14,342 bases of DNA, from NCBI GenBank assembly GCA_965369865.1, contig CBDURU010000091.1, positions 1-14,342 on the forward strand. The letters are read 5' to 3'. Every line of letters starts with the position of its first letter. Position 1 is the stretch's first letter. Positions 1-7,663 of the stretch are shown piece after piece. A program made the translations under genes and the position numbers. The notes beneath the pieces are model-generated. The model saw only the letters and a list, made by a program, of their open reading frames with translations. It was not told the DNA's origin and made no database searches. This stretch comes from an uncultured bacterium. Lineage in GTDB: Bacteria > JAJVIF01 > JAPKYR01.

Positions 1-2
1 CC

Positions 3-2195
3 CGCTGGTTCAACCCGACAGAGTTCACTACCGAGCTTATCTTCGGATGGGCGCCCGGTGGAATTCAGAACCTGAAAGGTTCCGCCAAATTGAATCCGTT
101 CAAAGCCTATGGCAGGGGACTCGGAGCCAATAGTTCGCTCTGGGATTGGCTTGAGGGCGGATCTAACAACGACGGTGTGTTCATGCCCGGTGATGGTCGA
201 ACTATGTCACTCGAGTTCCCGATGCCAAGTGACGGGCTTGTGTTCGGTTATGCCGCGGTCTGCTGCTGGGAAGAGCAGGGTACGGGTCCGTACACGCCGT
301 ACCATCGCGCGGAGCCGATCGCTTTCAGGGTCACCGTGGAAGATAACGTTTGGTACGATGGTACTGATTCAGGTGGTAACCTGATTGCCGACATCGATGT
401 ATGGGCCTGGGGTGATCAGCCAAATACGGTTCAGGTCGAATCGACAGTTCTCTCCGCACTGGAACCCGCCGCACCGACCGGCGGAGGCGGTGCTAACTGG
501 TCAACATACGAGATTGATGTCCCGTCCGATGTTAATCTTAATTCGAACGATGGCCACGATATGTGGGTAATCGCCGAATGCGACGGCCACAACTACATTA
601 ACATCGATGGTGTTCCTGCACCTCCAAGCTCTCAAACTCTGGCTGCGTTCTACAGGGTTCCGCTGTTTATCGCAACAGAGCCTTACAACGCCTGCCCGAT
701 AATCGACAGCGGTGTTAATGGTAACGCTACACCATCAAAGGTTGCCATAGAGACTTATTCAGTTGTCGCGCACGATCTTGATCCTCTTGACACACTTACT
801 TACGCATGGACCGTTACTGACAATTCCACAGGTCTGCCGGTTCCAGGCTATATTGGAGCACCCGGTTATGGCGGTGGTTACCTTGATGTAAATTGGGGTT
901 CAATCGGTGTAAGCATCGGTGACAGCTTCGATATTGACTGCGATGTCAATGACGGAAAGTGTACAACTGGCGCAACTACCCTTCTGGTAATAATTGTCAA
1001 CGCCGATCCAATCTGCGAGCTTGAGATTCTCAGTCCAACAATGCCATATGATGGCTGGGCCGTAATGGTTGATTTTGATGCATCAGGATCGACAGATCCC
1101 GACGGCGATCCGCTTACCTTCTCCTGGGACTTCGATGATGACGGCACTTTTGGCGATCCATACGAAGCTGGCACGGATGATAATCCACAGAAGCTGTACG
1201 ATTCGGATTATGTCGGGCAGGCGTGTGTGATGGTTGAGGACGGCATTGGCGGCGAGACGATATGCTGCGTCGATCTGGATATTACTGCTTACAAGGCCAA
1301 GAACATTGAGCTTCGCAGTGGTCCTCAGGGCCGTGACATTGCATTAGTCCGAACTAATGGCGACCTTTACATCCTATACAGCGACGGCCAGGTCTGGAAG
1401 TATACAGAAGCAAACTACTACCAGACCGGTTCTTATCATTATTACTCCAATACTGTCGCTTGTTTCATGGATGCCAGTGCAAATGGAGACTCCATTGTCT
1501 CCGGACCCAAGAGTGGCGGCGGATCATACTGCCGTTCATTCTATGCATCCGGTGGTGCTGCAGCCAACCATACTGCATTCAAAGGGCCAGACTGGTCATC
1601 AATTGTCTGGTGCCCGACCGGGGGAACTGAAATTAATAAGCACTGCTCATATTATGACTGCAGCTATGGTGGCTATGATTCAATTGTTTGGCGTTGGCAA
1701 CCACCAACATACGGTGGAGCAGGTGGCAATTTAATGTACGAAGGAACCGGCATCTCTAATATCCATCATGATTACCTTGTCGGTTGTGAAGCTGATACAA
1801 ACAGCTACGTGTACTGCCTTGAGAAGGCTCCGGAATATCGTGTTGAGCGACGAAGTAACTATTTCAGTACTCAGAATGGTCCCTGGTGGGGCGGTTTCGG
1901 TGATACATCACCAAACTTCAACGACCCGAGAGACATCACTCGAGATACCGGTAATACAATCTATGTACTCGACGAACTCTCAACGGGAGATCCTGCAATC
2001 AAGAAATTCAGCAGTACCGGAACTACTCAGGGAACATATGGCGACACAACCAATATCTCCAGTACACCATTGAGAATTGAAGGCACCGAACGCCTGTTTG
2101 GCGGCAGCGGTGACAACCTCATGTTCGTACTGCACGGGAATACAACCGATGGTTACTTCCTGAGCGTCTTCTTCCCGGGTGAGCTGAGCATATAG
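3..2195 (+). CDS. Large secreted/surface protein, 5'-truncated by the window: Ig-like/PKD domains followed by a C-terminal NHL-like beta-propeller
   Basis: The frame is open from position 3 (RWFNPTEFTTELIFGWAPGG...), so the TTG at 90 is probably not the true start. It has a PKD-type motif DFDASGSTDPDGDPLTFSWDFDDDG, a related Ig-like motif AHDLDPLDTLTYAWTV, and NHL-like FNDPRDITRDTGNTIYVLDE...IKKFSSTG. The protein is acidic and G/D/T/Y rich, and a terminator follows the gene. Confidence 0.8.
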   Translation, partial: RWFNPTEFTTELIFGWAPGGIQNLKGSAKLNPFKAYGRGLGANSSLWDWLEGGSNNDGVFMPGDGRTMSLEFPMPSDGLVFGYAAVCCWEEQGTGPYTPYHRAEPIAFRVTVEDNVWYDGTDSGGNLIADIDVWAWGDQPNTVQVESTVLSALEPAAPTGGGGANWSTYEIDVPSDVNLNSNDGHDMWVIAECDGHNYINIDGVPAPPSSQTLAAFYRVPLFIATEPYNACPIIDSGVNGNATPSKVAIETYSVVAHDLDPLDTLTYAWTVTDNSTGLPVPGYIGAPGYGGGYLDVNWGSIGVSIGDSFDIDCDVNDGKCTTGATTLLVIIVNADPICELEILSPTMPYDGWAVMVDFDASGSTDPDGDPLTFSWDFDDDGTFGDPYEAGTDDNPQKLYDSDYVGQACVMVEDGIGGETICCVDLDITAYKAKNIELRSGPQGRDIALVRTNGDLYILYSDGQVWKYTEANYYQTGSYHYYSNTVACFMDASANGDSIVSGPKSGGGSYCRSFYASGGAAANHTAFKGPDWSSIVWCPTGGTEINKHCSYYDCSYGGYDSIVWRWQPPTYGGAGGNLMYEGTGISNIHHDYLVGCEADTNSYVYCLEKAPEYRVERRSNYFSTQNGPWWGGFGDTSPNFNDPRDITRDTGNTIYVLDELSTGDPAIKKFSSTGTTQGTYGDTTNISSTPLRIEGTERLFGGSGDNLMFVLHGNTTDGYFLSVFFPGELSI

Positions 2196-2225
2196 AATCG
2201 GCAACTCATTACCTGAATTCATATA

Positions 2226-2256
2226 CCCCTCCGATATGTCGGGGGGGGTTTTTTTT
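2226..2256 (+). terminator. Intrinsic terminator of the surface-protein gene
   Basis: CCCCTCCGA-TATG-TCGGGGGGG stem-loop (one G-U pair), then G and T8. Confidence 0.9.
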
Positions 2257-2394
2257 ATGCCGGGCATGGTTTGTATCCTGGAAGTGAAAGTCTTCTACAG
2301 GTCGATGCGAACAGGAACCGATCTATACCAGGTATAAACGAGAATTAGTGGAATGTAAATTAAAGAGAACGAAGTCCGGATGTTTAATCCGGGC

Positions 2395-2424
2395 ATAAAG
2401 AAAGAGGGCCCATTCAGGCCCTCT
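2395..2424 (-). terminator. Intrinsic terminator of the pilin gene
   Basis: On the minus strand, AGAGGGCC-TGAATG-GGCCCTCT followed by TTCTTTAT, 26 nt after the stop codon. Confidence 0.8.
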
Positions 2425-2450
2425 CTGGTTTCCAGATGGTTTCTTTAACC

Positions 2451-2981
2451 TTACAGAATTGGATCCCAGGATTTAACATTCGGGTCATCAAATCCATTCC
2501 ATGTGTTGTTACCTTGAACACTTTCAGGATTGAATACCCTTACGACCTGGTCTTCTGTAATACCAAAGGTCTGCAGGTAACCCGGCCGAGTATCTCGTGG
2601 GTAGGCGACAATGGTAAATTGGTTTTGACCAATACCACCGCCTAAGCGTCCACCGTAGATACTCTCTTCCGGCATTGAAATACTCCACCACATTGAATAG
2701 TTCTCTATCATGTTGCCAAGTTCGTAGCCTTCGGCAATGTAGAGAGTTTTCTTCAATGCGCTAAACGAACCATACCATTTTTCATTATTGGTACCCTGGT
2801 ACGCAAGCTGTGAAGATCCTGTTGACCTTAAGGTTCCTTTTGCTCTACTCATCCATGCCGCGCGTCGTGCGTTCATGAGCGACGGAATGGCGATAGCTGC
2901 AATAATAGCGATAATCGCTGCAACTACGAGGAGCTCAAGGAGCGTGAAACCCTTCTGGTTCCGCACCTTACTAAGAGCCAT
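2451..2981 (-). CDS. Type IV pilin / pseudopilin-like protein with prepilin N-terminal cleavage/methylation motif (176 aa)
   Basis: Class III signal peptide MALSKVRNQKG|FTLLELLVVAAIIAIIAAIAIP with Gly-1, Phe+1, Glu+5 and Pro+22. A strong RBS (GAAAGGAGGA, 3000-2991) supports the ATG at 2981 rather than the 3014 start in the ORF track. Confidence 0.92.
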   Translation of the reverse strand: MALSKVRNQKGFTLLELLVVAAIIAIIAAIAIPSLMNARRAAWMSRAKGTLRSTGSSQLAYQGTNNEKWYGSFSALKKTLYIAEGYELGNMIENYSMWWSISMPEESIYGGRLGGGIGQNQFTIVAYPRDTRPGYLQTFGITEDQVVRVFNPESVQGNNTWNGFDDPNVKSWDPIL

Positions 2982-3039
2982 TAATTGGTTTCCTCCTTTC
3001 TTGTTAGTTGGCACTGATTTGAGATTTCAAGGCACTTTT

Positions 3040-3068
3040 AGCGTATCACATGCCCAAAAATGTGTCAA
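3040..3068 (-). promoter_or_regulatory. Sigma70-type promoter of the pilin gene, with an embedded GG-N10-GC
   Basis: Minus strand TTGACA (3068-3063), 17 nt, TACGCT (3045-3040), with the extended -10 TG (TGaTACGCT). Confidence 0.7.
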
Positions 3069-3188
3069 CCTTAAAGTGTTATTTTTCAACAGTTTCTTAT
3101 ATCATATTTTTACAATATGTTGATTACAATACTGCTATTAAAACTGTTTTTTTTCTAACTAACCTGCGCGTTGATTCAGAATTACCTT

Positions 3189-3241
3189 GTAGGGGCAGTG
3201 CTTGCTCTGCCTATCAGGGACGCAGCAAGCAGCGTTTCTAC
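3189..3241. repeat. Inverted doublet of GTAG-type REP elements (REPIN-like)
   Basis: GTAGGGGCAGTGCTTGCTCTGCCT (3189-3212, +) and GTAGAAACGCTGCTTGCTGCGTCC (3241-3218, -). Each is GTAG plus an imperfect palindrome, and a related copy lies at 7497. Confidence 0.75.
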
Positions 3242-3298
3242 ATATTTTTTATAATTCACGAACCATGCGCTGTACAATAACCAAAAGCAAATTATCCC

Positions 3299-3326
3299 AA
3301 AAGCAAAAACCCGGTGGATATCCGGG
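3299..3326 (-). terminator. Intrinsic terminator of rpsT
   Basis: Minus strand CCCGG-ATATCCA-CCGGG followed by TTTTTGCTTTT. Confidence 0.75.
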
Positions 3327-3361
3327 CGTTCGGCTGGACTGTGTGTTTCCAGTTCGAGTTA

Positions 3362-3622
3362 TCAGTTGGAACCGGAAAGTGTTTTGATAAGCCTTGATTT
3401 ACCCCTCGAAGCGGTATTCTTTTTAATCAGGCCCTTTGTAACCATCCTGTCAAGTTCGCGACATGCCAGAGAAACCTTCTCATTTTTATCCTCGGCATTG
3501 CTATCGACCGCTTCACGGGCATTTTTAATGTAAGTCCTCAGGCGTGAACGCAATTCGTAATTTCGCTCTCTCCGCTTGAGAGACTGCCTATGTCTTTTTG
3601 CCGGCTGTTTACTTTTTACCAC
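3362..3622 (-). CDS. rpsT: 30S ribosomal protein S20
   Basis: 86-aa basic protein with S20-like AKRHRQSLKRRERN...RSRLRTYIK and LDRMVTKGLIKKNTASRGKSRL. GTG start with GGAGGA upstream (3639-3634). Confidence 0.96.
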   Translation of the reverse strand: MVKSKQPAKRHRQSLKRRERNYELRSRLRTYIKNAREAVDSNAEDKNEKVSLACRELDRMVTKGLIKKNTASRGKSRLIKTLSGSN

Positions 3623-3666
3623 AGTTAATCATGTCCTCCGGTAATTCTTGCAGATACAACCTTGGA

Positions 3667-3695
3667 AAGCTAACACACTTTACTTATATGATCAA
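3667..3695 (-). promoter_or_regulatory. Sigma70-type promoter of rpsT
   Basis: Minus strand TTGATC, 17 nt, TAGCTT with the extended -10 TG. Confidence 0.55.
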
Positions 3696-3730
3696 GCTTT
3701 GATACACAAGTTCTCATTTTTTATACGCCA

Positions 3731-3751
3731 TGGCACGAGTTGTGCTAAAAT
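3731..3751 (+). promoter_or_regulatory. Candidate murJ promoter: overlapping sigma54-like -24/-12 and sigma70 extended -10
   Basis: TGGCACG-AGTT-GTGCT (3731-3746) is GG-N10-GC with one mismatch to TGGCACG-N4-TTGCW. It overlaps TGcTAAAAT (3743-3751). Confidence 0.55.
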
Positions 3752-3757
3752 TCCACT

Positions 3758-5401
3758 GTGCCAGTAAGCTCCCAGACAAATCCAGGTTCCCGGACACCAG
3801 ACGAATCCGATAATTCCGCTCCTCCGCCCTCGTCACCGGGCTTCCTCCTCCGGGCAAGTACGCTCCTGGTCGGGGCAACCATGCTTTCCAGGTTGCTTGG
3901 GCTTGTCAGGGAAATGCTCATCGCAAGATATTACGGGGCATCCGGACAGACCGACAGCTTTGCCTTCGCGATCATCGTACCGGAACTATTGAGGACCCTG
4001 ATAATTTCAGGCGCGGTCGCGAGCGTTTTCATCCCACTGATGACTGAAACTCAGAAATCGGGAAAATTAGAGGAAGCAAAACGACTCGCCGGAATTATGC
4101 TGACATTTATAACATTCGCGGCCCTGATTGTGGTATTTGCGGGAGAAGCTATCGCGCCATATCTTGTCAAGTTGAGCGAAATCCTGAGGTACTCACCGGG
4201 AACTCTCGAACCGGAAAAAATAGCGCTTACTACAAACCTGATACGTATCATGCTGCCAATTGTGATCTTTGTCGGATTGTGGGGCCTGATGGGCGGGATT
4301 TTAAATACTTTCGATAATTTCCATGTTCCCGGTCTTGCCCCGCTTGCCTGGAACGGTACGATAATCGCTCTTCTTGTGATATACGGTGCGCAGGAGAAAA
4401 TCTATCACGTGGCCTGGGCTTTTGTTATCGGGCATGCAGTCCAGGTGGCCTTTCACTTTCCCGCTCTCCGGAAACTCGGCATTAAACCCCTGGCTATCGA
4501 CTGGCGCCACCCCATGCTTAGAAAATTCCTCGTACTCGCCCCTGCAGCCGTGCTGGCTTACGCGGCACCGGCGGTCAACGCGTTTATCGGGCAGGGAATC
4601 GCCCTTAACCTCGAAGAATCGTCCGCGAGTTCACTGATGTACGCGTTCCGAATCCAACAGTTGCCGATGTCGGTATTCGGAGTATCGGTCGCGACCGCTT
4701 TATTTCCCACACTTTCGAGATATGCGTCAGGTGGAGACGGATCCCGACTCGTTCGCTCCCTGGCTACCGGACTCAGGATGACCGCGCTCGCCGTTATACC
4801 CGCAGTCGTATTTTTCCTTGTCCTGCCGGAACAGACAATCGAGCTGATCTATCAAAGAGGAAAATTCGATGCCGGTGATACAGCCAGGGTCGCGGGTGCT
4901 TTGTTCTGGTATTCATGGGCGATACTCCCGATGTCGCTTCTCTTATTGACAGCGAGGACATTTTTTTCCGAGAAAGACACAAGAACTCCGGCGATACTGG
5001 GAGTTGGTACAATCATCCTGTACTACATCCTGGCGGTGAATTTATCTTCCCCAGAGAGGTTCGGTTTGTTTGGCCTGCCGATGTCGAACAGTTTTGCGGC
5101 ATGGATATTCCTTGTAATTTCAATTGCCATACTTAATTACCGGCACAAAAATGATGCGTCGCTCGTGTCGGCAATAGGGTTCGCAAGCCCAGTGCAAATG
5201 CTTCTGGCAGCGATTATCGAAGCTGCGATCCTGTACGGCTACAGTTCATTGATTGGTGAAATCCACGGCACATTACCCCTTATAGGATTCCTCGCGGGAG
5301 CGGCGGTGATCGGTGCGGCAGTATACCTGGGACTGTTGATGCTTTTCGGAAATAAGGACCTGTCAGCCACATTCAAGCGATTGTTCCGCAGGGAAAATTG
5401 A
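3758..5401 (+). CDS. murJ: Lipid II flippase MurJ (MviN)
   Basis: MurJ-family motifs LSRLLGLVREMLIARYYGA...TDSF, SVFIP, YAFRIQQLPMSVFGVSVATALFPTLSR, LIYQRGKFD and FFSEKDTRTP, plus many TM helices. The exact start is uncertain (GTG, no SD). Confidence 0.95.
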   Translation: MPVSSQTNPGSRTPDESDNSAPPPSSPGFLLRASTLLVGATMLSRLLGLVREMLIARYYGASGQTDSFAFAIIVPELLRTLIISGAVASVFIPLMTETQKSGKLEEAKRLAGIMLTFITFAALIVVFAGEAIAPYLVKLSEILRYSPGTLEPEKIALTTNLIRIMLPIVIFVGLWGLMGGILNTFDNFHVPGLAPLAWNGTIIALLVIYGAQEKIYHVAWAFVIGHAVQVAFHFPALRKLGIKPLAIDWRHPMLRKFLVLAPAAVLAYAAPAVNAFIGQGIALNLEESSASSLMYAFRIQQLPMSVFGVSVATALFPTLSRYASGGDGSRLVRSLATGLRMTALAVIPAVVFFLVLPEQTIELIYQRGKFDAGDTARVAGALFWYSWAILPMSLLLLTARTFFSEKDTRTPAILGVGTIILYYILAVNLSSPERFGLFGLPMSNSFAAWIFLVISIAILNYRHKNDASLVSAIGFASPVQMLLAAIIEAAILYGYSSLIGEIHGTLPLIGFLAGAAVIGAAVYLGLLMLFGNKDLSATFKRLFRREN

Positions 5402-5440
5402 TAAAAACTGAGCACCCGACCGATCTTTAATTCCTGCGAT

Positions 5441-5469
5441 TTGAGCTTACAACCAATCTCAGCTAGAAT
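5441..5469 (+). promoter_or_regulatory. Sigma70-type promoter of lepA
   Basis: TTGAGC (5441-5446), 17 nt, TAGAAT (5464-5469). Confidence 0.6.
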
Positions 5470-5488
5470 GCCAATCGAAGTATGAAGC

Positions 5489-7306
5489 ATGCAAATGCCC
5501 GACATTCAACACATACGCAATTTCGCCATAGTCGCTCACATTGACCACGGGAAATCCACACTTGCCGACCGAATCCTCGAACTTACCGGCACTGTCCCGA
5601 AAAAACGCATGCGCGAGCAGATACTCGACACCATGGAGCTCGAACGCGAACGTGGAATCACCATCAAAGCGGTCGCCGTTCGAATCCCATACACTTCTGA
5701 AGATGGCACTGAATACCAGCTTAACCTGATCGACACACCGGGACATGTCGATTTTTCCTATGAAGTGTCGAGGGCGCTTGCCGCGTGCGAAGGTGCGGTA
5801 CTCCTTGTGGACGCGGCGCAGGGTCCGCAGGCACAGACGCTTGCCAATCTCTACCTTGCCATCGAACAGGACCTTGCCATAATCCCGGCACTGAACAAAA
5901 TCGATCTTCCCGCCGCTCGTCCGGATGAGATCAAGGAAGAAGTTATAAACCTGATCGGCGGCCACGAGGATGAGGTCAGCATGATAAGCGCTAAGGACGG
6001 GCGCGGCGTGCTTGAAATTCTGGACAGGGTTGTGAGGGAAGTCCCGCCGCCCGGCGGTGACATCGATTTACCTTTCCGTGCGATGATCTTTGACAGCCAT
6101 TATGATACCTACAAGGGTGTCGTAGTCTATATCCGGGTAATCGATGGGATAATTAAACCCCGCGACCATATCGAAATGATAGCCACCGGACGTAAATTCG
6201 AGGTAAACGAGATTGGTATATTCACGCCATGGCATGTGAAAGTCGATCGGTTGTCGGCGGGAGAAGTAGGGTACCTGTCCGCGACGATCCGCGATATCAA
6301 GGACGCGAAAATTGGAGACACCGTATTTCTTGCCGGGAAACGCGATGAAATACAACCCCTCGAAGGATTTCGCGAACCGAAACAGATGGTTTTCGCGAGT
6401 TTTTATCCGGTTGAGCCCGAAGATTACGAACGCCTGACGGTCGCTTTGGAAAAACTGAACCTGAATGACGCGAGCTTTTCGTACCAGAAAGAATCGTCGG
6501 CAGCCCTTGGATTCGGCTATCGGCTTGGTTTTCTGGGCGTTCTCCATATGGAAATCGTCCAGGAACGCCTTGAGAGGGAATATGAACTGGAATTAGTCAT
6601 CACCGTACCGACAGTTCGATATGAGCTTCTTTTCACGGACGGGCATATAGAATACATCGAAAGCCCGGCGGGATTTCCCGACCGTACCCGTCTTGATGAG
6701 ATCCGCGAACCTGTCTGCGACTGCACTATTGTTACGCCGAAGGAATATATCGGTGCTGTGATGGAGCTTGCCTACAAACGCCGTGCCATCCACCAGGGAA
6801 TGGAATATATCGGTACCGAGAGAGTAACGCTTAAATTCCAGATTCCACTGTCCGAGCTGATTATTGACTTCAATGATCGTCTGAAAGGGAGCACAAAGGG
6901 ATACGGTTCGCTGGATTACGAACATGCCGGCTATCTGGGGGCAAAACTGGTTAAGGTTGATATTCTTGTGAACGGTGAACCGGTCGATGCTCTTACTTTC
7001 CTTACCGATTCCGAATCCGCGCAACGTAAGGGCAGGGAGATGGTTGTAAAACTCAGGAGCACGATCCCAAGGCACCTGTTCGATATCCCGATCCAGGCCG
7101 CGATTGGCGGAAAGATAGTAGCGCGCGAGACAATAAAAGCCCTCCGAAAAGATGTAACCGCGAAATGTTACGGCGGAGATATTACCCGTAAACGTAAACT
7201 CCTTGAACAGCAGAAAAAAGGCAAGCTGAAAATGAAGCAGGTGGGAAGTGTATCAATCCCCCAGGAGGCATTTTTAGCGGCATTGAAAATCAGGAAGGAT
7301 GAATAA
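5489..7306 (+). CDS. lepA: Translation elongation factor 4 (LepA) GTPase
   Basis: IRNFAIVAHIDHGKSTLADR, ERERGITIKA, LIDTPGHVDFSYEVSR, NKID and C-terminal RKDVTAKCYGGDITRKRKLLEQQKKGK. The start may be 5489 or 5495. Confidence 0.98.
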   Translation: MQMPDIQHIRNFAIVAHIDHGKSTLADRILELTGTVPKKRMREQILDTMELERERGITIKAVAVRIPYTSEDGTEYQLNLIDTPGHVDFSYEVSRALAACEGAVLLVDAAQGPQAQTLANLYLAIEQDLAIIPALNKIDLPAARPDEIKEEVINLIGGHEDEVSMISAKDGRGVLEILDRVVREVPPPGGDIDLPFRAMIFDSHYDTYKGVVVYIRVIDGIIKPRDHIEMIATGRKFEVNEIGIFTPWHVKVDRLSAGEVGYLSATIRDIKDAKIGDTVFLAGKRDEIQPLEGFREPKQMVFASFYPVEPEDYERLTVALEKLNLNDASFSYQKESSAALGFGYRLGFLGVLHMEIVQERLEREYELELVITVPTVRYELLFTDGHIEYIESPAGFPDRTRLDEIREPVCDCTIVTPKEYIGAVMELAYKRRAIHQGMEYIGTERVTLKFQIPLSELIIDFNDRLKGSTKGYGSLDYEHAGYLGAKLVKVDILVNGEPVDALTFLTDSESAQRKGREMVVKLRSTIPRHLFDIPIQAAIGGKIVARETIKALRKDVTAKCYGGDITRKRKLLEQQKKGKLKMKQVGSVSIPQEAFLAALKIRKDE

Positions 7307-7312
7307 ATATAA

Positions 7313-7388
7313 CATGCGCATTCTGCGCATGACCCGTGGCATGCGACTCCGGCGCGTGAATAACCGTCCCACGCGACTCCGGCGCATG
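7313..7388. repeat. Three tandem 19-nt palindromic units CAYGCG-N7-CGCRTG
   Basis: CATGCG-CATTCTG-CGCATG (7313-7331), CATGCG-ACTCCGG-CGCGTG (7340-7358), CACGCG-ACTCCGG-CGCATG (7370-7388). Confidence 0.85.
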
Positions 7389-7496
7389 GGAGGGGAAAAA
7401 ATAAGTAAACGCACCTTGATCTGAGGATCCGAAAAGTGTGTTTATATTAATTTTACACTTACTAAACTGCGCATGGTGAAAACATGTTTTTTTATT

Positions 7497-7520
7497 GTAG
7501 GGGCGCTGCTTGCTGCGCTC
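7497..7520 (+). repeat. Single GTAG-type REP element
   Basis: GTAGGGGCGCTGCTTGCTGCGCTC, sharing the core CGCTGCTTGCTGCG with the minus-strand unit at 3241-3218. Confidence 0.72.
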
Positions 7521-7597
7521 GGAGATCACTAAATAATCATTAAGTAACATTCAATCAGTTCAAATAATTTCAACCTCAAAATTATCCTGAGTGTGCC

Positions 7598-7626
7598 TTG
7601 ACACCCCTTTACAATGCTGATACCAT
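7598..7626 (+). promoter_or_regulatory. Sigma70-type promoter of the beta-barrel gene
   Basis: TTGACA (7598-7603), 17 nt, TACCAT (7621-7626) with extended TG. RBS AGGAG at 7653-7657. Confidence 0.75.
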
Positions 7627-7663
7627 ACGGCTCATTCTTAAACAAACTGCTTAGGAGACAAAA

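Noticed and set aside
1380..2195. Diversity-generating retroelement variable region in the surface protein
   Set aside because: No template repeat or reverse transcriptase is present in the window.
3008..3023. TTGGCACTGATTTGAG as a sigma54 promoter
   Set aside because: It has no GC at -12, the spacing is wrong and it points away from the pilin gene.
3103..3131. TTACAATA direct repeat upstream of the pilin promoter
   Set aside because: It is an 8-mer in very AT-rich DNA and is plausible by chance.
5459..7075. Minus-strand ORFs of 159-168 aa within lepA
   Set aside because: They are antisense shadows of a highly conserved gene.
7313..7388. CRISPR mini-array
   Set aside because: The units are 19 nt, the spacers are only 8 and 11 nt, and there are no cas genes.
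7290..7550. 86-aa minus-strand ORF with HAPES repeats
   Set aside because: The peptide repeats simply reflect the DNA palindrome array, and the ORF crosses a REP and overlaps the lepA end.
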